Shown here piece by piece: positions 54,320 to 64,000 of a DNA stretch of 64,000 nucleotides (its first letter is position 1; each line of letters starts with the position of its first letter). The stretch is taken from NCBI GenBank assembly GCA_973895155.1, contig OZ316894.1, positions 1,566,457 to 1,630,456 of the forward strand. Reading direction: 5' to 3'. The translations under genes and the position numbers were made by a program. Source of the stretch: Marsupella aquatica (Eukaryota > Plantae > Marchantiophyta). The notes under the pieces are model-generated. The model saw only the letters and a program-made list of their open reading frames with translations, ran no database searches and had not been told where the DNA came from.

Positions 54320-55000
54320 GCGCAACACTCTCACTCGATCCTTCACTCCCGGGTTCACTTCAAGCAGCAGCGCAGCCGCAAAGTCTCGCTCTCCCCTTCA
54401 CTCTAATCAGCGCACGCAACTGAGAAGTCTCGCTCTCCCCTTCACTCTACGCAGCAGCGCAGCTGAGATGTCTCGCTCTCCCCTTCACTCTAAACAGCAG
54501 CGCAGCCAGGAACTCTTGGTCGATCCTTTACTTCAAGCAGCAACGGCAGCAGCGCAGCCGAGAGCGCAACACTCTCGCTCTCCCCTTCACTCCAAGTAGC
54601 AGCCCTTCACTCGATCCTTCGCTCGATCCTTCGCCGAGAACTCTCGCTCTCCCCTGCACTCTCGCTCTCCCCTTCACTCTCGCTCTCCCCTTCACTCTCA
54701 CTCTCCCCTTCACTCCTTCGCTCGATCCTTCGCCGAGAACTCTTGAATGCTTGATCTTTCACTCCAGCCACAGCAGCAACGCAGCTCGATCCTTCTCCGA
54801 GAAATCTTGCTTGATCCTTCACTCCAGCCGCAGCAGCAACGCAGCTCGATCCTTCACTCCAGCTGCAGCAGCAATGCAGCTCGATCCTTCACTCCAGCCG
54901 CAGCAGCAGTGCAGTCGAGAGCACAATAGGAGTCGATCCTTCACTCCAGCAGCAGTGTAGTCGAGAGCACACTCTCGCTCGATCCGACCTTCACTCCAAG
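54320..55000. repeat. Subterminal tandem motif arrays of the giant transposon
   Basis: Many copies of ctctcgctctccccttcact (18-20 bp) and gcagctcgatccttcactccag, ending ~550 bp from the right TIR. Confidence 0.85.
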
Positions 55001-56439
55001 CAGGAGCACAACTGGTTTAGACCCTGTTTAGACCATTTGCTGCAAGGTACAAACAAAAGAGACTCTGTTGAGGCAAAGAGCGGGTGGGCCAAAGGGATAG
55101 TGGAGGGAAACGACACGGGAGGAGACTGACAAGGGCCAATTGAGGTAAACGAGACACGTTAAACAGAAAAATTTCAAAGTTAATCCCGGTCAAACCCTAA
55201 ACGTGAGTCCCCATAAAACCAGATCATTCTCAAATTCTTGCCATGTTAACATATTAGAAAAAATTAGGAAAATATATTGGGAATGTTATGTGTGCCACGT
55301 GTACCAATGACATAGTGACACGTGTACTTTACATAGTCCGACACAAAGACCCCCTAACTTCTTTGTATGCCTTCCATCTACAAAGTCAAAAATATTAATA
55401 TCCCTATTATTCTTACAAGTTGTCCAACATATAAAGTTGGCCCTATTGTTCTTACACAAATCTTCTTAAGTCTTCCGAGAAACCCAATTAACGGACCCTA
55501 TACTTCGTCGCACATGATATGAGATTTTCGCGGAGTGAGACCCCCGAGGGGGCCCCCGACCGGCCCATCCCGGATCGGGCCATAACTTGCGCCCCAAGCG
55601 TCTGTTGCCCATGGCGTCAACTCCATTGGCCGGGCCCAAGAGGAACTCACACTCAAGCCCTCAGAACTCAAAGTTCATCCGGAGGTCCGGACGGTCGTCC
55701 TTAAGCCCGACCCATTTCCCCTTGACCCGACCAGCTCTCAACTAGTTCAAGTCCTTAGCGTGTGTCACCAGCTTGGCTCCTTGACTTCGCTAGCGCCACG
55801 TCTCGTTGCCCACAAGTCTCCCCATGCTAAGTCCTCCCCGGATGGCCTATCCGGGCCTAGACCATAAGGGAGCTCGGCGTCGGAGTCAACGATGTCGGAG
55901 CTAAGTGTTAAGGTAGTCGAGTTCCATGACTCAGCGCAACATAATTAAATATTTTGAATGGGAACATTGCCTCACTGAGATAGTGTGCGAGCACAAAAAA
56001 CATTTGGTCCGCAGGGAAAATTGTTGTTTCCGAATTCCCTTTCCTAAGTCAGATCGATCAGATACATTGGCCAGACAAAACATTGGAATATACTGTTTCA
56101 ATCTTTGAGTCTGTGCGGTCCTATTTTCAAAATCAGCTTAAGCAGAGGGATAGTTTTCTGTTCGGAAATTGATGCGATCGATTGGCTGCTGTCCGAGGGA
56201 GGCTGAGTACAAATTCTCGTTAGTTCATTATCTCATCCCATTGCCTAGGATTTGAAGTCAACTACAACCGTTGCTTCTCGATCATTTACTGTTTGGGCTT
56301 GAATGATATCCATTGGCACATGTTTTAATCTTTTTCATAGCAAGTACTCTTGAGTTCTCCGTGTTACCTCAGTGTCAATTACAGCCAGGCCCGGTTAACT
56401 TTGCCATTTGCTATCTTTTCTCAGACGTGTGTTCATTAC

Positions 56440-57140
56440 TCGGCATTCTGAAGGCGCAGTTGTAGGAACTAAATTATCCTAAGTTGCACTAAATCGCTCA
56501 AAGAGAAACAGGCCACGGTCTGTCACTGTACCAAACATCTCTAGTGTGGAAGCCATGGCGAGCACAGGACCAATCAGGATTCGAAGTCAATTACCATCCC
56601 AAAATTTTCCTAGCTTGAGAGCTCATGGAAATGCCAGGACGCTTCGTTTACGTAGTTTGTTTCAAACTGAAGCTAATCGCAGGATGTGTCTAGTCCTTAT
56701 CTACAACCTGATAGGATTCTGGATCATCAGGTGGATCTTTTCGAGTTTGTCCACCTGCAAAAAGATGTGGTCGGCTCTCCTTTTCTTGGACTTTTCTCCC
56801 TTTTTTTTGGATGTTCCTTTATTGGTTAGACAGGAAGTTTTTGAAACAAAAGAAAGACAGAACAGTCTTTTTACAGGTCGACGCATGACACATCCCTGCA
56901 GAAATATTGTATGCCTTGGACTCAATCTCCCAGGAGATTGTGCAGAATTTAATCCAGGTTCCGATCTTGTGGAAGATCGGGGCCGTGCCTTGTGGTCAAT
57001 CGATTGATGGAACCAACCATCTTGCCGTATTGTCCCGGAGGACTGGAGGAGAATCTGTAACTGTCTATGATTTATTAATATGTTGTGGGTCCGCCTGGGA
57101 CCAAAGGCTGACGTGGTGTTGACGAAGTGCACTTCCTGTT
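56440..57140 (+). repeat. Older, diverged third copy of the NLR far-upstream region
   Basis: Blocks ctaagttgcactaaa, atcaggattc.aagtcaat, agattgtgcagaatttaat and tggtgttgacgaagt.cacttcctgtt are shared with 16090-16780 and 58075-59347. Confidence 0.75.
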
Positions 57141-58324
57141 GCTGCTGAGATATGTTACAACCATCAGGCTCTTACAAAATGTGTTTTGAATAGGATAATG
57201 TCTTGGTTAGAGGGCATTGTGGGATATAATGCCCATAACTAGTACATTAATGTATGTAAAAACTTGAGTGACTTTTAGGTAACAAGCAAGAAAAAGTGAA
57301 TCCCTGAAATAGAAAATTCAGATTAAAAGGTCATCCAAGAAGTGATTGCTATGGAATTAGCCAAAAATATACGTTTTTGAATTATATTAGATTCTATTCA
57401 TAGATATTTTGTTCGTATCACCATATAAAATTTGGTTATCATCTTGAGATCTTGACTAAATTTAATTGTTTTTTGCATATGGTTAAACTATATTTAATTT
57501 TTACTTTTACTATAGTGTTTTGTATAATCCCCTCCTCAAAAAAAGGGGTGCATTATGGAGAATTAATGCACTCAAATATACAAAGAGAAAAGTCATGAAA
57601 GGCTTTACGTCTTTAGAGTGAAGTCCTGGATTTCTTCGTGGGCAATTGACAACAAATCTATGCTACGAGATTTATCAATGGTACCGCTAGGTTTTCACAC
57701 AACAAATGGTCGAAGTTTATTGATCACAGTGCCATTGGAAATTAATTTTGACTGATAATTTTCTTTGAGAAATTGATGGATAACAAATTGATTGATCATT
57801 GATTTCATTCACTTTCTACATGTGCAAAATTAGATATTTCTAGTCTCCAGAGAATGGGAGTCCGATTATTTGTTGAGAAGTAAAGATTGAGAGATGGTGG
57901 TGGCTTGTATTGGAGGAAGATATTCTGCTTCCATTGTAATTTGATCAATTCATTTATCTACTACTGGCATCTTAATTTAAGATCTCAAGTTTTGTCTCCA
58001 AAGGCATGATTGTCGACAGTCTTGTGTTCCCTGGATGATAAGGTAGGCTGGCTTAGTTGCCAGCGTTTTACTAACACTGAAGACGTAGTTATGCTAAGTT
58101 GCACTAAACAGATACAGAGAAAAGGTCAGGTCTGTAAATGTGCCATACATCTCTGGAAGGGAAGCCCTTGCGAGCACAGTACCGATCAGGATTCCAAGTC
58201 AATTACTATCCCATTCTGGTTCCTAGCTTGACTGAGCTCATGGAAATGACATTTGGGATACGTTCAGTTAGTTTGTTTCAAGCTAAAACTAATTACAGGG
58301 TGTGTCGCTTAACTGGCACTGCAG

Positions 58325-59000
58325 TATATATATATATATATATATATATTTCAAAATGCCAAAAGACAAAAGGCACCCAACTGGGGGAGACAGGATGGGC
58401 AAAAAAACACAATCAAGGGAGAAAAAAGAAATGGCCAAAAAGCCAAAAAGACCAGGACAAGAAAAAAGGCAAGAAAAAACTAAATACACAGAAACCTAAA
58501 CCCTACCTATCAGTAAACTGAAGAGCCTAGTAGAGCTCAGGCGAGAATTGCATTGGAGGGTCAAGCAAGAGAATCTGATTAGATGTCCAAACACCAACAG
58601 CCTCTACTCTACAAAGAGTAGTGAAGGCCTATGCCCTCTGAAGAGCGATAGATACCCGCTGTCTAAAAAAGAATGTGATAACATACACCGGGGGTATGGC
58701 CTCCGCTCAACATAATGGACCTCCGCTCAACATAATGGACTCCACAAGAACAAAAGAAATGGTCAAATGTAGGGTGCAATGCTGCAAAGATCTCCATGGC
58801 AAATGGGTAAAAGAGGTCCCCTGTATAAAGCACCACATAAGCCTCCTCTTTAAGGCGAACAGCCCGCTTAGGCCACATTGGCTCCACTAGGAGGGTCTTG
58901 AACTACCATGTGCCCAAGCCAAGACCAAATCAACACAAGGCTTGTGAGGAACCCATCCTTTGGTGGTAATACATGTCATCATGACAATCATGTCACCAGA
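58325..59000 (-). mobile_element. 3' end of an RLE-type (CRE-like) non-LTR retrotransposon with (TA)n tail
   Basis: YTGDLFYPFAMEIFAALHPTFDHF and RQRVSIALQRA motifs (F.PFA.ETFG...QR.S.ALQR), a T-rich 3' UTR, and a (TA)12 run at 58325-58348. Confidence 0.7.
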
Positions 59001-59347
59001 GACCAGAGTCATGAGAATAGGACAAATGGACTGAGTAAATTCCACTGATCTACGGTACATTGACAAATGGACTATGCGTGAATTCCAGTGCAAGGATCTA
59101 AAGTAGATTATGCACAATTTAATTCAGATTCAGATCACGTGGCCGTGCCTTTTCGTCCATCAATTGATTAGAACACATCTGTACATCTACCGCATGGTCG
59201 GATAGGAGAATCTTTAGTTTTGGATTTATGAACTTTTTGTAGGTCCGCCTGCGACCAAAGTCTGCAGATTGATAGTGAAAATTAGACGAGGTCTAGCTTG
59301 AACAGGGAAGCAAGATACTGGCCTGGTGTTGACGAAGTACACTTCCT

Positions 59348-59531
59348 TGACTTCTTGGGCCTCTTTGTTTTTCTTGGGGTCTTTTGCTTCCCCCCCTTAT
59401 TGGGTTTGTCTTTTGCTTCCCCCCTTTATTGGGTTTTTTGGCCTTTCGGACCATGTCTCCCGGTTTGGCGTTCCTACTTTCGGACCATGTCTCCCGATTT
59501 GGCGCTCCAGTGTGATATATATCCATATATA
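59348..59531 (+). mobile_element. Short 5'-truncated retro-insert (T-rich 3' UTR ending in TA repeats), present only in duplicate copy 2
   Basis: Absent from copy 1 (cacttcctgttac). Candidate TSD TCCT; composition resembles the 58325 3' UTR. Confidence 0.55.
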
Positions 59532-60806
59532 TCCTGTTGCTCCTACAGGCTCTAGAGTATCCATCCTGTCGAAGGCCTTATCGATATCCATCCTAATCGA
59601 TACGTGAGTTCACACAGTTGAGGACAAACGAGGGAACGCATTTCAGTAGGCGAAACGAGACCAGGTGGAGAAAGTAGAAGGTCGGAAGACGGCCATACCC
59701 CCAGTATAAGCTCCTATTGAGGCAAGTCTCTTCAACTCAAACTCAACATTTCCGAGCTGCACGTCGGGTCCCTTTGATAGGTTTTCGTGGTTGCCTGCAG
59801 TGCTTGTCTCGGTAGATGCTTTGTTGAGGTATTTTGTTGGCCACCGTTGCATGAATGGGAGGTGCTGAGGTCTTCGGTTTTTAGATCTCCCGAGTCAGTG
59901 AAGGCCGCAAGTGCAGTTTGACGGAATCTATGGATCGCGTAGGAAGTGTGAACTCTACTTAGTGGATTTCAGTGGAAACATTGCCTTCTGTTTGGTCCCG
60001 GGGTATTGCATATTGCATGGAAGAAAGTGAGGTCAATTTTAATTCTGCACGGACAGATCTGATAGTCCAAGGCCTGATCGTCCAATTCTGATAGTCCTGC
60101 TTGTCTAGCCTCTTATGGACTCAGTTGTAGCTCTGCACTCTTCAACGGCTCAGCGATGATGAACAAAGAAACCAGACTTTTCCTTCCCGTCTCCATTTTC
60201 ATAGATACGAAGAAAGTTTTCTGGGTTTTGCCACCCCTCGAACAGGTCCTCAACACCCCGCGGCTACTAGTGTGAAGTTGAAGACTTTACTCTTGCACGT
60301 AACTCTGAATCTTGGGTTACTTTCTTAGTAGACAGGATATCTATGGATCGAAGAGAGCGAGTTCTCCGGGCTTTGCACTGCAACTTCCGCGGTTCACCTA
60401 AAACCCGACTGACCTTCTCCGTTCTGATCTCCCTTCTACTCATGCAGATAGATTCGAGCCTTTAAACTAATAAAATCTACCAAAGGTGAAAACTATCTCC
60501 AGGTTGCAATCGAAATATATATGACCTCCTAACGTTTTTAAGCTCAGAGGCTCCTGGAAACGGCTGGGCTTGATCAGTAAGTGTGCAGTGGGGAATCTGT
60601 CCTAACTAACATTGGGCATATCGTTCTATACTTAGATCTGGAAGTTGTTCATTTGATGTACGCTCGATCCTACACTACTAGTGCCGCTCCAGCTTTCGCC
60701 TCATAGATATACCTGAGACATTTGTGTGAGAACGCCTCGGAGCTTCGATACTGTTATGGTAATTGCTGACCTCTTTCCAATGCGTGCCTGGTCGGACTGC
60801 AGATTC

Positions 60807-63800
60807 ATGGCGGTGGTAAGTGAAGTCGTGGCAGTATGCAGTTCAATCCTCGACATTGTGTCAAAGATCGACAATGTCATGGAAGACTGGTTCACTCCAT
60901 CAGCCGAGTACCAAAGTGAAGCGGAAATCCTCCGCTCAAGGCTTATCTCCTACGAGGAGAAGGTCCGCATTCATCAGCAACCAGTGGACAGTACTATGAT
61001 GAAGACTTTGAAGAGAGCCGAATCAACACTAAAGAAGGCGGAAGCAAGATTGAACAGCTTGGAGGAAAGCGTCGACAGGAACCAGTGCTGTTCGCAAATC
61101 TGGTGGTTGTATGCAAAGGTGACCATGACCCTTTTCCCAGAGAAATTAGAGTGCACATTGAAGAAGGTGAACCAGGACCTTGATGGCATCCCCAAAATAC
61201 TCAAGGCCGAACAGGAACTCTCTGGTCTACTGCGAGAAGAAGGCAAGAGTCGAGCCATCTCTACAGTTGTCCACAATAACGATAATAAATATGTGCCAAT
61301 TGAAAAGTCACAGTCTGCGGCCATTGAAGCCATTGAAAATTCGGACGGCCCTCCCATGATACTACTGCATGGTGGAGTAGGTAAAGGCAAGTCTACTCTT
61401 GCCAGATACATGTGTGAGCGCTACGGGCCATTTGGAGAAAAACAAGGCCTCTTTGATCACGTGATTGTGGTGTCGTGTGCTAATAGTTCCATATCTGATC
61501 TTGCCACCAAGCAATATGAAATATTGGAGCAGCTTTCTCCCACGAGTTTAACAGAGGAAAGCAGTTCAAAATCTGGAACTGGAAAATCTGGGGAGAGTAT
61601 GGGCTCAAAATCTAGAATCGCAAGAGCTCTCCAAAATTTCTTCATTGGCAAGAAGATTCTGATGGTCTTAGACGACGTTTCAGATAAGGGGTTTCTGTAC
61701 AAAATTTGGGAGGCTGCCAAAGTTGGTAAAGATGATAAGATCCTCATCACATCCCAATGGTCCAACATATGCGACAACTTTAAACAGGACTCTTTGCTTA
61801 TTACGATGGAAGATCCTACCAAAGAGGAAGCGAGACAGATCCTTGCTTCTCTTGTGGGGCTGGAGAGTAATAGAATTCCTGAGAATATACAGGTTAGTTC
61901 CTCGAGCACATTTCATCCTGGTCGTTTATTGAGGAGGTACTTGTTTTGTTAAGTTGTCTGCTCTACATCTTTCTAATTTCTACTAACTAGATTTAGTCCT
62001 TACTGTATGTTTTATCTTTGTATACAGGAGATAGCAGATGACATGATCAAAAAAACAGCGGGAAATCCATTAGCTTTGGCGTGTTTGGCAACTAACTTTG
62101 CTTTTGCAAAGCATGCTAAAGATAAAACAAAGAGGAGGGATTGGCAAGAGGCTTGGAGAGAGTTATCTCAGTTGCTAGGCAATGAAGCGATGGCTATCGT
62201 GGCAGGGCAGAATAGTGAGAGTGCCGCTAGAAGCCTGTGGGGTGCCCTGAAGATTTGTATAGAATCTCTTCAAACAGAAGGTGCAAAACGCACACTCTTC
62301 TTGATGTATGCATGTAAAGGAGAATCGGTTCCTGAAGAGGTCCTGCGGATTTTGTGTGCTGGTATGAAGATGTCAAATTCTACTTTCAAGAGGTCCATAG
62401 ATGAATTGCGCATGCGAGACCTACTGAAACCTACAACGGATACATTAGCATGGAAGATGAATTTGGGCAACGGACCAAATGACGAAGTTTCTCCTGCATG
62501 GTCCCTACAGTCTTTAGTGAAGCTCTATATGGAACGGCATGTGGTAGGGAAACAAGAAATGAGGGCAGTGATTGGGGCATTGGTTGGTGATGACCAGTTT
62601 CCACCTGAGTCAAGCACCAAATACAAGGTACACGACTATGAAACCGAAATATTGGAGATTGCAAGCGGGACTGAAACAGCAACCGCGGAGAGTGATGAGG
62701 TGAGAGTGACAATTGCTCTCTGTGCTCTGTACTTTGACCGCCGCCATACCGATCAAGGCGTGACTCAAGCCGTGGCTAAGGCTTCCAAAACATCCAATAT
62801 TGAAGACTCTGAAAACAACATTAATGATCTGAGGAGGAAGGCGATTGAGCCGTTGATATGGCTGCTCGACAAGCCTGAAGAGGACAACAAATGGACGGAA
62901 TCGGATAAATGCCGTGTGAGGAAGGTACTGTCCTGTCCCCCTTGACTATGTTCTTGCCTTTGCAACTTATGTGAGTCCTCATTGAAGTTAGAGAATCATT
63001 CGTATAATTCAAATACTTGGGCACACACAGATCTAACGGTTCACATGTTTTCGCATGACCGATTCAGTCAAAGTTTACTAGCCGTACTTTGAGCCATTCT
63101 TCGCAAGTTGGCACTTCTTTTGAAAATCCAAAGGACAGTTCTCTGTTAACTATGCAAATTCAACTTCTCCCGTGAAATACTGTTTGATAGCACGTGGCTG
63201 TATGGTAAACGCAAGTAATGAGTTATCTTGTAAGTCTATTGGACAGAATAACTATTTAGGTTCTGTATGTGATAGTTCTTAAAATCAGAGCTCGAGTCTT
63301 AGAAGCAAGATTTCTTAGAAGAGCCATGTGTCTTGGTGAAATTTGTTTGCGTTGTTTCTATTTTGACATGATTTCTTGGAAATCGTAACAGTTCTGTGTA
63401 TATTAAAGTTATTTGAAGTGATGTTTTGTCACTGAATTGTTTTGGACTTGTGAATTACTTTCTTTGCAGGTTGTTCTTGAGTACATATGCAATCGCCAGC
63501 TGGATAACGAGAACATCACTTACCTGTTGAAGTTGGCCGCTGGTCCTGCTGTACAGCTGGCCACTCTCAAGGCTATCGCTCACATTACATCAATAGAAGA
63601 AACACCCCTGCTTAAAGAAAAAACAGTCGAGTTTTTACAAGCTGTAGTCGACCTTTTGAATTTGAAGGAGGGTTTCGACACTACAGTTCAAGAGGCTGCC
63701 TCTGTAGCACTGCGTGAAAGTTGTTGGAAGGCCGCGTACGACAAATCAGCAACCCTTGTTGCTAACATGTCGCCTGTTCTGGACGTGTTGGTACACTCAC

Positions 63801-64000
63801 TTGCTATTCCCGCTTGGAAGTCAGAGGCATTTGCCGAAAACGCAGCACATGCTTTGAAGGGCTTAGCATTCTCGGAGGACGAGGACATTCGACAAATAAT
63901 TGTGAACAAACAGGACCTACTAGCTAGTCTTGTGAATTGCTTGTCTCAGCAATCCAGGCCTAGTTTGCAAATAGCCGCGGCAGGGGCTTTGCGAAATCTA
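60807..64000 (+). CDS. NLR-like CC-NB-ARC-ARM(-TPR) paralog 2, truncated by the window end
   Basis: Exons 60807-61892, 62028-62924 and 63470->64000 have the same splice sites and motifs as paralog 1, with an open frame throughout. Confidence 0.88.

Larger units (their letters stand above)
28551..55548 (-). mobile_element. Giant (27 kb; ~19.5 kb net) TIR DNA transposon with P-like transposase and cargo genes
   Basis: Perfect TIR ctcgggggtctcact (28551-65) / agtgagacccccgag (55534-48). GGGGCCCC lies on both sides (28543-50, 55549-56), whereas the empty site in copy A1 (~8046) has a single ggggcccc. Confidence 0.88.
26954..55931. mobile_element. Family A solo-LTR copy 2, split by nested insertions (own sequence 26954-27556, 28092-28550, 55549-55931)
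   Basis: The pieces are colinear with 6933-8432. AGT...ACT ends; 5-bp TSD CAGCG at 26949-53 and 55932-36. Confidence 0.88.

Noticed and set aside
54320-55000. CRISPR-like appearance, and ORFs such as EGESESEGESE
   Set aside because: No unique spacers or cas genes, and the context is eukaryotic; the ORFs are by-products of the tandem repeats

Overview
Eukaryotic, intron-containing plant DNA; the gene and TE types suggest a seed-free land plant such as a bryophyte (inference). The window holds two tandem paralogous NLR-like STAND genes with an unusual CC/4-helix-bundle + NB-ARC + ARM-repeat + TPR architecture and no LRR (18297-23135 complete; 60807 to the window end). They are separated by an Exo70 gene relic and a 29-kb nested TE complex. 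The outer layer of that complex is a split solo LTR (26954-55931, TSD CAGCG). It contains a small solo LTR and a 27-kb DNA transposon (28551-55548, perfect 15-bp TIRs, flanked by a duplicated GGGGCCCC). That element, about 19.5 kb without nested inserts, carries three co-oriented genes: a ~1,490-codon P-element-like DDE transposase, an EDM2-like composite PHD-finger gene, and a CACTA TnpA-like gene. It also carries a captured PTST/CBM48 exon and short-motif arrays. Two 3.6-3.8 kb TG..CA solo-LTR-like inserts inside it each encode a related long coiled-coil ORF. The left 16 kb is mostly TE debris.
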